Source of the DNA: Paramoeba atlantica
Lineage: Eukaryota > Protista > Discosea
Assembly: GCA_977017575.1 (NCBI GenBank)
Contig: CDRNVI010000021.1
Location: 372,001 to 436,000, forward strand
Length of the DNA stretch: 64,000 nt
Direction: 5' to 3'
A program made the translations under genes and the position numbers. Each line of letters starts with the position of its first letter. Positions within the stretch are counted from its first letter, which is position 1. Positions 1 through 11,029 of the stretch are shown one piece after another. The notes below the pieces were generated by a model that saw nothing but the letters and a program-made list of their open reading frames with translations, did no database searches and was not told the origin of the DNA.

Positions 1-1245
1 CTGCAGGCCGTCCACGGATGTCTGTCAACAGGAAAGGAAGCTAACGTGTACTACTCCACCCAAGCCCAGGGAGATCCCGTCGCGATCAAGGTCTACCGCA
101 CTGCTATTCTTCTTTTTAAGGACAGGGAGCGCTACGTCAGGGGGGATTTCCGCTTTCAGCGCTATTGCAAGACAAACCCACGTAAGATGGTGCGCGCTTG
201 GGCAGAGAAGGAGGCCAGGAATTTACGCCGCCTTGAGGCAGCAAAAATATTAGCCCCTCGGGTGCTGCAACTTCGGTTACACATTTTGGTCATGACTTTT
301 CTGGGGTCCAAGGAAAGGGCATGGGAGCGTCTTCACGATGTCCGTTCGCTCCGTGAGCGTTTTGGTCTCAATTTGTACCGGCAAGCAATTCAAATATTGA
401 AGGACATGTACCAACTTTGCAGGCTTGTGCACGGTGATTTTAGTGAATTTAACCTTCTAGTGGAGCCAACAGGGGAAAAGCAAGGTGACCCAGCCTCGAA
501 TACAGAAACATTGCTACGAACGAATACTCGCTCCCCTCGCGATTCATACGACGATGAAGTTCCACCCCGTCTTTATGTAATTGACGTCTCCCAATCCGTG
601 GAACCGGATCATCCGAATGCTTCCACCTTTCTGCGACGTGATATCGCTAATGTTAATCGTCTGTTTGTACAGTACATTCCACCAGAAGAGCGCGCTACTG
701 TGGAAAATATTTATCGTTATGTCACCGGAAAAGCAGAAATCTTGGCTGTTGGGATCGCCCAGGGGTCAGATCCGCTGCGTGATAAAGTTTTCGAACAAAT
801 TCCATTGCCAAATTCTTTCGGGAATTACACCACTGCGCACTGCAGTGAAGATGTAGAACGTCAATACGATGAATTGAAACAAACTCCTATATTGGAAAGT
901 CAATTCAAAGAAATGTGCATTAAAGAAATCGAGAATGCGAATTTGCATGAAAAAATGAAAATTTCAATACCTTCTGCACTTTGTGACGAAGTTAAGGAAG
1001 ATGATGCACATAGCAGTAGCTCCATTCCTCTTACGCATCAAGCTCTATCGGAAACTGAGATGCCGTACGTTCGAGCTGGTAAGTCAAAGGACGAAAGGAA
1101 GTCGCACCGCAAGGAAATTAAGGTTGAAAATAGAGAACGGCGGAAGCAAAAAGTGCCAAAACACCTCAAGAAAAAGGGTAAGGCTCGAAAACAAGTGGAG
1201 CCCGTTTTAGTATCGGACTCACAGGTATTTTCAGTGGCCATGTAA
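1..1245 (+). CDS. RIO1: RIO1 atypical serine kinase (5' partial, begins upstream of window)
   Basis: Frame 1 is open from base 1 (LQAVHGCLSTGKEANVYY = STGKEANVY motif); AIKVYRT, WAEKEARNL, LVHGDFSEFNLL, IDVSQSVEPDHP; Lys-rich RKEHKKxVK-like C-terminus. Confidence 0.93.
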   Translation: MQAVHGCLSTGKEANVYYSTQAQGDPVAIKVYRTAILLFKDRERYVRGDFRFQRYCKTNPRKMVRAWAEKEARNLRRLEAAKILAPRVLQLRLHILVMTFLGSKERAWERLHDVRSLRERFGLNLYRQAIQILKDMYQLCRLVHGDFSEFNLLVEPTGEKQGDPASNTETLLRTNTRSPRDSYDDEVPPRLYVIDVSQSVEPDHPNASTFLRRDIANVNRLFVQYIPPEERATVENIYRYVTGKAEILAVGIAQGSDPLRDKVFEQIPLPNSFGNYTTAHCSEDVERQYDELKQTPILESQFKEMCIKEIENANLHEKMKISIPSALCDEVKEDDAHSSSSIPLTHQALSETEMPYVRAGKSKDERKSHRKEIKVENRERRKQKVPKHLKKKGKARKQVEPVLVSDSQVFSVAM

Positions 1246-1396
1246 AAAAGTTATCATTTTTTAAATCAGGATTCATATCATTTTAATCATGTGCTCCGGC
1301 ACGCGGGTGAAATACTTTTAAGATATTTTTGAAACAATGTCATTGGCTGAACGTTTTTTATGTGTGTGATTTATTTTCCTTTCACACTACATTTGA

Positions 1397-1882
<486 letters not shown>

Positions 1883-2241
1883 CTATGGGCGAAATTGACA
1901 TGGCGTAGTTATTTCGAATTACTAAGAAAGTATTGAACTCGATTCACTAATATGGAATTAATAATTTTTGGAAGTGTAAACCTGCATCTGAAGTGAAATA
2001 TGCTCTGAAAAGAGTGCATTTTTGATATGTTTCACAATGGTGAAGGGACGGATGTATTGAGCGTCAGACTCCCCTCAAAGTCGAAAATTTTGTATTGCTA
2101 TATGGAAAATCTAGTCTCGTAATGTAGGGGCATTATTGGTATCATTTGTTGGACAACAAACTCCTGCCCACTACACATTTTTTATACACAGTCAAATTTC
2201 ATTGAGTTTCTTTCTATTACCGTCAATAAGTTGGTACCCCA

Positions 2242-3468
2242 ATGACCGAAGAAGTTAAAAATGGAGATTGGAAACAAGGACTACGAGCCCCCGAAAAGGA
2301 TACTCGTATTAAAACCGATGATGTTCGTTCCAGGCAGCAACTTACCTTTGAAGACTACCAACTCAAGCGCGAGCTTTTAATGGGAATATTTGAAAAGGGA
2401 TTCGAACGTCCTTCTCCCATCCAAGAGGAAGCGATTCCTGCCGCCATCTCCGGCAAAGATATTATGGCTCGCGCGAAGAACGGAACCGGAAAGACAGCCT
2501 CTTTCATTATCCCCGCCTTAGAAAAGGTAAACGTGAAGAACCACAAGATTCAAGTTCTTATACTCGTCCCCACACGGGAACTGGCACTGCAGACGGCTCA
2601 GGTGACCAAGGAGCTCGGTAAGCACATGGAGGTGAACGTCATGACCAGCACCGGAGGTACTTCCCTACGTGGTGACATCCAACGTTTGTTTAACCCCCCT
2701 CACATCCTAGTAGCCACCCCAGGCCGAATCTTCGACTTGGCTTCGAAAAACGTAGCTAACTTGTCTAGTTGTCACATGGTGATTTTAGACGAGGCAGACA
2801 AACTGTTGTCCTCCGAGATGATGGAATTGGTGGACAAGGTGATTCGGTACGCGAGCCCGAAACGACAGTTGCTAATGTTTTCTGCAACCTTTCCTGTCGC
2901 AGTCAAGTCTTTCTGTCACAGTCACTTGCGCAAAGCGCATGTGATCAATCTAATGGATGAACTAACCCTCATCGGGGTATCGCAATTCTACGCTTATGTA
3001 GAGGAAAAGCAAAAGATTCACTGCTTGAACACGCTGTTCACACGATTACAAATCAACCAATCCATCATCTTTTGCAACAGTGTAAATCGTGTAGAGTTGC
3101 TTGCGAAAAAAATTACGGCGCTAGGGTATTCTTGCTACTATATTCACGCTCGGATGCCCCAGGAACACCGTAATCGTGTTTTTCATGACTTCCGCCAAGG
3201 TTTGTGCCGGAACCTTGTGTGCTCGGATCTCATTACCCGTGGTATTGATATTCAGGCAGTGAATGTGGTGGTTAATTTCGATTTTCCTAGGGCCGCTGAG
3301 ACTTATCTTCATCGTATCGGTAGAAGTGGCCGTTTTGGTCATCTGGGGTTGGCCATTAATTTTATAACAAAAGAAGATCGTGAGTCGGTAGTATGCATTG
3401 AGAAGGAGCTCGACACAGTAATAAAACCCATGCCAAAGGAGATTAGCCTTGACTTGTATGCAAAATAA
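2242..3468 (+). CDS. DHH1: DEAD-box RNA helicase DHH1/DDX6
   Basis: [59 protein letters not shown]. Confidence 0.97.
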   Translation: MTEEVKNGDWKQGLRAPEKDTRIKTDDVRSRQQLTFEDYQLKRELLMGIFEKGFERPSPIQEEAIPAAISGKDIMARAKNGTGKTASFIIPALEKVNVKNHKIQVLILVPTRELALQTAQVTKELGKHMEVNVMTSTGGTSLRGDIQRLFNPPHILVATPGRIFDLASKNVANLSSCHMVILDEADKLLSSEMMELVDKVIRYASPKRQLLMFSATFPVAVKSFCHSHLRKAHVINLMDELTLIGVSQFYAYVEEKQKIHCLNTLFTRLQINQSIIFCNSVNRVELLAKKITALGYSCYYIHARMPQEHRNRVFHDFRQGLCRNLVCSDLITRGIDIQAVNVVVNFDFPRAAETYLHRIGRSGRFGHLGLAINFITKEDRESVVCIEKELDTVIKPMPKEISLDLYAK

Positions 3469-4207
3469 TAGATCAGAATAAACGACAATACGGTCGTATC
3501 CATGAACGAAGTGAACTACAGTGTGGAAATATCTTGACATGAGTTTTCGTAAGTTTGTCGTGTGAGCAAGAAATAATCTTCAAACTTTTTCTGGCAAAAC
3601 TAGACGTTCTGTGTTTTTAATATGGATGCTTTGTATAGGAAGTACAACTAAAAGTTCCATGATGAATACAAATTAGCTTTTATATAACATTAGCATTATT
3701 TATCAAGACTCATATTTTTTGGTTTGTGTATAGTTGCCAGCATTTCAAACTTTTAGCATCGAATCCTTTTTATATCCTATGAAAGTAGAAGACAGACAAA
3801 TGAAGTAAAAAAACGGCAATTTCTGTTTGTATTATTCCATTTTTATAGCAGTTTCACAATAGGGTTTTATGCAAGACATACACACGACAACTTGCGTTTT
3901 TTATTTGCTTTTTTTAATAGTATTCTACCTATTCGCAATATTTTAAGGTTTGGTGTTTTGATTTTATACCGACGTTATTTGGGCCCGTTGTTAGTACACA
4001 TACATATTTGAAAGTTAAAGTTATATATGTTGAAGTTAATGCTATGCCATTTTATTTGTAGCAATATTTTGAAACTACCAGAAAGCTAGAACATAAGAAT
4101 TCCGGCCGTGTGCAAATTACACTGGCCTACTGGAACGGTTTTTCTCTAATGGCGGATAGTGTAGCTCTTAGAGATATTTTGAACTAGCCTTTTATAGTCG
4201 CATTTTT

Positions 4208-5248
4208 ATGACGAAAAATCTTCTTTGTGTGTGCAACCCTTTACTTGACATTTCCAATACAGTAACACCGCAATTTTTGGAAAAGTACAAAATTGCCCCC
4301 TCCAGCGCCGCTCTTGCTGACCCGGAACTACATGGACCATCTTTTTTTCAAGAACTTTCTGAACAGAAAGGGACGGAGTACATAGCAGGCGGTAGCGGAA
4401 TGAACACCGCTCGAGTTTGTAGTTGGATGCTAGAGGAGAATAATAAAGTACACTACATGGGTGCCGTGGGAAAGGACCACTACGCCACGACACTCAAAGA
4501 CAACGCGACACAGAGTGGAGTTGACGTAAGCCCAATGATGGAAATTACAGATGAAACTCCGACAGGTCTATGCGCTGTGTGTATTACGGGTAAAGAGCGC
4601 TCACTGGTAGCTTCCTTACAGGCCGCAAACAAATTCGCTTATGAGCACATAAAATCTGACGCCGTGCAAAAATGTGTGAAGGATGCCTCGATCGTCTATG
4701 CCTCGGGATTTTTTCTTACCGTCTGCCCAGAGGCCCTGTGCGATCTAGCAGAAAAGTGCAAGGCAAGAAATCTTACTTTCTGCATGAATATGTCGGCGCC
4801 ATTTATTATGCAATATTTTAAGGATCCTCTCATGAAGTTACTACCGTACTGCGATATTATTTTCTGCAATGAGGACGAGGCCAGAAGCCTGGCTCAAATG
4901 CTTGGAATTGGAGAAGGAAATCTTGAGCCCAACGAGATTGCTTCTCAGATTGCATCAAATCAAATTTTGAAAGCGAACGGTTTACAGACCGTAGTATTTA
5001 CCCAAGGGAAGGATCCAGTAGTGCTATCCTGTAGCAATAGCCCTACAGAGCTTGTTGAAGTACCTACCGTACCCTTCGAAGAGATAGTGGATACGAATGG
5101 AGCCGGTGATGCCTTTGTGGGAGGTTTTCTAAGTGGCTTATGTCGAGGCATTCCGCTGAAAAAATGCGTAGAGCTCGGAAGCTATGCTGCTGGAATAGTG
5201 ATCCGACAGAGTGGTTGTCAGACACCTGGAAAACCTTCTCCACCTTAA
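4208..5248 (+). CDS. ADK: Adenosine kinase (PfkB family)
   Basis: CNPLLDIS, AGGSGMNTAR, PTGLCAVCITGKERSLVA, DTNGAGDAFVGGFL. Confidence 0.95.
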   Translation: MTKNLLCVCNPLLDISNTVTPQFLEKYKIAPSSAALADPELHGPSFFQELSEQKGTEYIAGGSGMNTARVCSWMLEENNKVHYMGAVGKDHYATTLKDNATQSGVDVSPMMEITDETPTGLCAVCITGKERSLVASLQAANKFAYEHIKSDAVQKCVKDASIVYASGFFLTVCPEALCDLAEKCKARNLTFCMNMSAPFIMQYFKDPLMKLLPYCDIIFCNEDEARSLAQMLGIGEGNLEPNEIASQIASNQILKANGLQTVVFTQGKDPVVLSCSNSPTELVEVPTVPFEEIVDTNGAGDAFVGGFLSGLCRGIPLKKCVELGSYAAGIVIRQSGCQTPGKPSPP

Positions 5249-5939
5249 CAAGGGGCATGCAGAACAGTTAATAAGAAACATACTTAACATTTCACAAGAG
5301 TTAGATGAGCTAACTTAAAAAAACATAGAGCTACACTTTTTCCATAAAGTATATCCATTTTTTCCTATAGTTAATACTCTATTTTCTATCGTATGTCTCA
5401 AATTATTTTGCTTATTTCAACAAATCTCGCTATCTTGAGTAGACACCAAAGAAATTGAATTGTCATAAGAATTACGAGTCTGACTTAGATTGCATAATAG
5501 ATTTATAGTGGTTTCTTAATGAGTTACTCAAACTTTTCATGTGCGCTAATGAGATATTTAATACTTTTAAAGAACTATAATAGTAAGTGAAGTATTCTGG
5601 TAATGCTAGCCACATCGCTTTTTTTCATCTCTGGTTTCATCAATTTTAAGCACTGACTTTTCGTAATATTGAAAAACAGGCAGTTAAAATTTTGGTCTTA
5701 TTCAGTCTTCTCATTGTATGACTCCATGAGCGTTTCCCAATTCCTTTGATTATTGTAGTGTAAAGTTTCGTTCATCTATTTACAACATTTCATTTATGAG
5801 ACGACGTTGATTAAATAACTGATACGCATTTTAAACGTTTTTAAAGCGATATAGTCAGAGGTAAGGAATCTTAATCTAGTATTTGATAATACTAAATAGG
5901 TTTATCTCGATTTTTGAATTTCGTTCATGCTATACGAGC

Positions 5940-7175
5940 ATGATAACCGCTTCCGTAAAATCACGTACAAAGCCTGAGTCACCAGAAACTCAGGCTGGGT
6001 GTCTTGGCACGCACAAAGATACTTACCAAACGTTTGTTCCCGAAAGAGTGCTTGGACAAGGTTGCTTTGGGACGGTCTACCTTGCCCGGATTTGTCACGG
6101 ACCATATTGGGAGCACAAAGGTTCTATTTCTGGTACATGCGGCACATTGCCACCTGCAGTAACACTTGCACGTAACACAAATACAAATTCGAAAACTTTT
6201 GTTGAGAATTCTACATGCTCTCACGTCGCGATAAAAAAAGTGCTGCAGGACAGAAGATACAAAAACAGAGAGCTGCAGCTCATGCTACGAGTTAGTCACC
6301 CGAATTTTGTTTCCTTACATCAGTACTATTACACGAGGGAAGAGAAATCCGAGGAGGTATATCTCAATTTGGTTTTAGAGTTTGTACCCGAGACGATACA
6401 GCATTTCTACAAAAGCTACTTGCGCTCAAGGCAACTTGTACCAGATCTGTATCTGAGATTATTCTCCTACCAACTCTTACGCGCCATGCTTTACTTGCAT
6501 TCTCCAGAGGTAAATATTTGTCATCGCGATGTGAAGCCACATAATGTTTTGGTTAATCCAACCACTGGTGAGCTTAAATTATGTGACTTGGGAAGTGCAA
6601 AACAACTTGATGCTCAAGAGCCTAATGTGGCGTATATCTGCTCTCGATATTACAGAGCTCCGGAGCTTATTCTGGGTGCAACGCAGTACACCACGGCGGT
6701 AGACTTATGGTCTGTGGGATGTGTGATCGCAGAGCTCGTACTAAGAAGACCATTGTTTATGGGTGATAATAGCGAATCACAATTTGTTGAAATAGTTAAA
6801 ATTCTTGGTCTTCCTACCGCACACGAGCTTAAAGCAATGGGTGCAAGCAATGGTATATCTTCAATGCATATTTTGATGAACGGAATGCGTAAAAAGGGAG
6901 TGTGTGGTGCAAAGTCTTCGTGGCGTGAACTGTTCCCCCCTCACATCTCAAGCGACCTGGTAGATTTAATAGCTCGTCTGCTACTCTACTCACCAAGTCA
7001 TCGTATTCTACCTGCCGATGCCCTTTGCCTTCCGGTATTCGATGGACTTCGGAATTCCTCATCAAATTTGCCCTCTGGCATTCCCATCCCTTCACTTTCT
7101 AATTTTCAAATAGAAGAAATACGGTGTATGAGCGAAGCTCATCTGAGAAAGTTGGTGGTACGACCCCCACAATAA
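5940..7175 (+). CDS. GSK3: Glycogen synthase kinase 3
   Basis: GQGCFGTV, VAIKKVLQDRRYKNRELQ, CHRDVKPHNVL, EPNVAYICSRYYRAPEL; first in-frame ATG at 5940 (track starts at TTG 5883). Confidence 0.95.
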   Translation: MITASVKSRTKPESPETQAGCLGTHKDTYQTFVPERVLGQGCFGTVYLARICHGPYWEHKGSISGTCGTLPPAVTLARNTNTNSKTFVENSTCSHVAIKKVLQDRRYKNRELQLMLRVSHPNFVSLHQYYYTREEKSEEVYLNLVLEFVPETIQHFYKSYLRSRQLVPDLYLRLFSYQLLRAMLYLHSPEVNICHRDVKPHNVLVNPTTGELKLCDLGSAKQLDAQEPNVAYICSRYYRAPELILGATQYTTAVDLWSVGCVIAELVLRRPLFMGDNSESQFVEIVKILGLPTAHELKAMGASNGISSMHILMNGMRKKGVCGAKSSWRELFPPHISSDLVDLIARLLLYSPSHRILPADALCLPVFDGLRNSSSNLPSGIPIPSLSNFQIEEIRCMSEAHLRKLVVRPPQ

Positions 7176-7344
7176 AATTAGAAAGTCTTGTATTACTAGT
7201 ATGTACATAGCCAAATGATTTTCTATACGCGTCTCGACGCAGCGTATTAATAAATTGGAAGGATCTAAAAATCCATGTCAAAACATTCAAGTAATCGCTT
7301 GAGTATTTTAGAGAAATCATTTTTGAAGGCCACATTTCTTTTAA

Positions 7345-8775
7345 ATGGAAGAGTCACACACTGCGATAGCAGAGATGCAGGAGAAATTACAAACACTCCA
7401 AGCAAGTTTTCTTCCATCTCCTCAGCAATTATTCGCTCTGAAGCGGTATATGATGGCTGAGATGGATACTGGTTTACGTGGTTCAAGTTCTCTTGCAATG
7501 CTACCTACTTTTATAGAAAAACCGAATCAACGAAGAAGCGTTTCTCCTGGAATCTATTACGCTGTAGATCTTGGTGGTACTCATTGTCGTGTCTTGTGTT
7601 TAGCCCAGTGGAGTCACCGAAAGAAATGCCTTTTGCAGCAATCCCGTATAGTGCCCGATGCTGTAAAGAAAGGATCCTTGAACGCCTTGTTTGACTTCGT
7701 AGTCGAATGCGTGGCTACAGCTGAGTCTCTATCCACCAACGATTCTATATCACGAAGCAATTCTTGCCGCATCCCACTTGCCTTTACTTTTTCATTTCCT
7801 GTAAAACAAACCGGATTGTGCAGTGGTACTCTTCTGCGGTGGACGAAGGGTTACGCCATTTCGGATGGGAATCAGCGAGATATTGTTGAGTGCTTGCGAG
7901 AGGCACTGATAAGGAAAGGGTTACACCACTTTCATGTGGTTGCACTATGTAATGACACAGTCGGCACCCTCCTTTCGCAAGAATTTTACGGACATGAAGC
8001 TGATATTGGTTGTATATTGGGTACAGGAACGAATTCGTGCTATTGGAGGAAATCTTATAACACTTCAAGTGACTCGGACAAGGAAGATGAGACAGATCTT
8101 CGCTTAACGGCCACGAACATTGAGTGGGGTAATCTTGGCAGTGGACAAAAAAATACACCGCTTCCAGATACTTCTTACGATCGCACTTTAGATCAAAACA
8201 GCACGAATCCTGGCGAGCAGAGATTCGAGAAATTGATTTCTGGGAGGTACCTGGGTGAAATTTCACGACTCATACTTCTGGACATACTTCCTCTTCATAG
8301 TCACTCTCGTAAGTTGCTCTCGAAAGTCAATGCCATAACATCTTCCACGATGAGCAGATTTATGAACAATTCTATCAAGATAAATGGAACCTCTGGTTTC
8401 GATATGACTGATTCAAGTGAAACTCGAATTTTTAAAACTGTTTTCAAAATTGTGAGAAATCGCTCAGCACTGCTTGTTGCCGGGGCATTGTCTGCACTAG
8501 TAGACGTGATCATCAAGGAAAGAAACATTTCCAGAGAAATACGAATTGCAGTAGATGGGGGCTTATTTGAGTGCATGCCTCAATACCGAAAGATTCTTAC
8601 CCTAGGTTTACAGCAGTTATGTGGTTTGTACAGTGCAAAAATTATACATGTCAAACAAGGCAGTGGGTTGGGCGCTCTCTGGCTAGCCACTCATGGAGAA
8701 ATCAAGGAGAGACCATCTGCTTGTCACACCGAAAAGGAAGCTCAGATAGTTGGTACTAGTGTATCCAAATTATAA
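7345..8775 (+). CDS. HK: Hexokinase with C-terminal PTS1 (-SKL)
   Basis: DLGGT, FTFSFP, RWTKG, NDTVGTL, GTGTN, NIEWG, FEKLISGRYLGEI, DGGL; ends tcc aaa tta taa (SKL*). Confidence 0.93.
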   Translation: MEESHTAIAEMQEKLQTLQASFLPSPQQLFALKRYMMAEMDTGLRGSSSLAMLPTFIEKPNQRRSVSPGIYYAVDLGGTHCRVLCLAQWSHRKKCLLQQSRIVPDAVKKGSLNALFDFVVECVATAESLSTNDSISRSNSCRIPLAFTFSFPVKQTGLCSGTLLRWTKGYAISDGNQRDIVECLREALIRKGLHHFHVVALCNDTVGTLLSQEFYGHEADIGCILGTGTNSCYWRKSYNTSSDSDKEDETDLRLTATNIEWGNLGSGQKNTPLPDTSYDRTLDQNSTNPGEQRFEKLISGRYLGEISRLILLDILPLHSHSRKLLSKVNAITSSTMSRFMNNSIKINGTSGFDMTDSSETRIFKTVFKIVRNRSALLVAGALSALVDVIIKERNISREIRIAVDGGLFECMPQYRKILTLGLQQLCGLYSAKIIHVKQGSGLGALWLATHGEIKERPSACHTEKEAQIVGTSVSKL

Positions 8776-8839
8776 GCACATTTCTGAAAACTGAGAAAGT
8801 GCTTTTGTATTGCTATTTGCGTTTACGACCTACCGTTTA

Positions 8840-9143
8840 CCGTGCACCCCCAGTAAGAGAATGGGTTTTGGGTCAAAATGGTCAAATCTCTCTTACTGGG
8901 GGGGATGCTTTTTTGGACAGTTTTCTCCCAACTTTTCTCCCAACTTTTTTTTGTGAAAACGTGTTAAAGCATTTAGCGCCCACAATTAAAATGTGGGTTA
9001 CCCCCGAGGCCCCCAACATGCGGACACTCACCCCCTACTCCCTATACGCCTCCTATAGGGATCCCGTGCCAAATCTCTCTCACCGGGGGTCTCTTACTCA
9101 GCTCGAAAAGGGCTGAGTCTCTCTTACTGGGAGGGGTCTACGG
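8840..9143. mobile_element. MITE-like non-autonomous element, Tc1/mariner type (imperfect ~22-bp TIRs, TA flanks)
   Basis: TA|CCGTGCACCCCCAGTAAGAGA ... TCTCTTACTGGGAGGGGTCTACGG|TA; extra internal TCTCTTACTGGGGG at ~8889. Confidence 0.65.
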
Positions 9144-9384
9144 TAGTGATCCGAAAGATGTTGCAGCATACGGGAGAACGACAGGGTTAGTTATGCTACA
9201 CCCAAGCCAAAAATTATTATCGTTAAAATTCATGGTACAAAAATTATTGTTTTTTAATTGAAAGTTGATTAGTTTCGACAATAATTAAAAACTCAATAAT
9301 ATTAGTCGGCAGTGTATTTACATAGTAGTTATATTTAGAAAGCTACTTCTGGGCAAAGTCTTATTTTCTTATATTTTATTTTAG

Positions 9385-10029
9385 ATGCCTGTACCAACCA
9401 GTCTACAAACCTCTGAGTACGACTACCTGTTCAAAATCCTTTTGATAGGAGATAGTGGAGTCGGAAAAAGTTGCTTGTTATTGCGTTTCGCCGATGACAC
9501 CTACGCCGAGAGCTTTATCTCTACGATTGGGGTCGACTTCAAGATACGTACTGTTCGGATGGATGGAAAAACAATCAAACTGCAATTGTGGGACACTGCC
9601 GGACAGGAAAGGTTTCGCACCATCACGTCAAGTTATTATAGAGGAGCTCATGGTATTATTGTAGTATATGATGTCACTAACCGCGAAAGTTTCGAACATG
9701 TAAAAGGGTGGCTTCATGAAATCTCTAAGCATGCCAGTGACAATGTGAATAAAATTCTCATCGGGAACAAATGCGATCTCGTGGGTCAAAGAAAAGTGGA
9801 AAAGGAAACTGCGCAACAGTTTGCGGATTCACTGAGTATACCTTTTATGGAGGCCTCTGCGAAAAAGGCTACGAATGTAGAGGAGGCATTTAACAAGATG
9901 ACAATGGAAATTAAGCGTCGTGTGACAGCACAAAGGGCGTCTACGGGACAAAGGTCCAGTGGAATACGTCTCAACCCTCCAGGAGCAAGAAACACAGTCA
10001 AGTCGAAAGGATGTTGCTCTATCATGTAG
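9385..10029 (+). CDS. RAB1: Rab1/Ypt1 GTPase
   Basis: [57 protein letters not shown]-terminal CC prenylation motif; pyrimidine tract+AG directly before ATG. Confidence 0.96.
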   Translation: MPVPTSLQTSEYDYLFKILLIGDSGVGKSCLLLRFADDTYAESFISTIGVDFKIRTVRMDGKTIKLQLWDTAGQERFRTITSSYYRGAHGIIVVYDVTNRESFEHVKGWLHEISKHASDNVNKILIGNKCDLVGQRKVEKETAQQFADSLSIPFMEASAKKATNVEEAFNKMTMEIKRRVTAQRASTGQRSSGIRLNPPGARNTVKSKGCCSIM

Positions 10030-10328
10030 CATGTGCACAACATGTAGCTGTTGTGTAGCTTTTCATAGTTGTAGGCTCAAAAAATGATTATCTGGAAGAA
10101 TTTTATGCAAACGTACTCTTTCAATCCTAATATCTCGTTCAACAAGTTGCTATTTTATACCTGTTCTGCTAATCGGATATGCATTTTTATAAGTATTACG
10201 TATATTCACTCTTCACATTAGTCTTCAGATATCCTTCTACTCGGTCGTTTAGGGTGATTTATTTTTAAATTAAATCAAAATAGCCATAAAGTACATCTCT
10301 GGGTAATGCACTTTCTTACGCCGCATCC

Positions 10329-10700
10329 ATGGACGAAAATGGGGACAGATTTTCGCCAACATTAGCGGACAGTTTTAGAAGTGGTCTGCCTTCCGCAATT
10401 TTGCATGCATTTGCACCACTTTATGACTCTATCCCACATATTCAACGTCTTGTTGAGGCAGCACAGGATTGTGCTTTCTGGTTTTCAGATCCAACATATT
10501 GTCGGGAGAAAGATGCCGCAGTTGTAAACGTATTTATGCAAGCAACGGAAGAATCTTTCCGGGTATGTCCTCAAGAAAGTAAAGAGCTTGCTCGGTGTTA
10601 TGAAAGCAAAGGAAATAAATCCTCAGAGTTATGTACACATGCTCGGCACAGTTGGATGAAATGCTTATACGACAAAGCGAATATCAATGTCTGGCGGTAG
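10329..10700 (+). CDS. NDUFA8: NDUFA8-like CX9C protein of the mitochondrial intermembrane space
   Basis: SAILHAFAPLY resembles NDUFA8 SAVLKAAAHHY; Cys spacing C-x9(DP)-C-x9-[V]-x11-C-x9-C-x11-C-x9-C; C-terminal CLYDK resembles CVLDK. Confidence 0.75.
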   Translation: MDENGDRFSPTLADSFRSGLPSAILHAFAPLYDSIPHIQRLVEAAQDCAFWFSDPTYCREKDAAVVNVFMQATEESFRVCPQESKELARCYESKGNKSSELCTHARHSWMKCLYDKANINVWR

Positions 10701-11029
10701 GAGAATTAAGCTTTCTTCTTTTTAAGTGGTCTTTTTCTTCAATTTCCAAAACGCTACCCTGATGGCAGTGTATGATTAGCTTTACTTCAGACTGCTTCGC
10801 AATGCCTTCCCTTCCGTAGCTTTAAGCTTTTTTAAGCTTTTTTGCTCATTTCTTCCTATTCGAGAGATCTCGTTCCATAGGCCTTTCAATCACACGAAAA
10901 AAAAATTACTTTTGTTTTATCTCAAAGTCAAATAAATTCAAATACTAGTAAATAATCAATCACTCATTCCAATTCTAAAATACTTCTATAGTGTTTTACT
11001 AGCTCTCCTCGTACACCATCACTTGCAAA

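Noticed and set aside
5883-5939. TTG/GTG-initiated N-terminal extensions given by the ORF track (also 12933, 16304, 16983, 22767, 26863, 29554, 31502, 51035 etc.)
   Set aside because: Bacterial-style starts; extensions are T-rich leader sequence and homology begins at downstream ATGs
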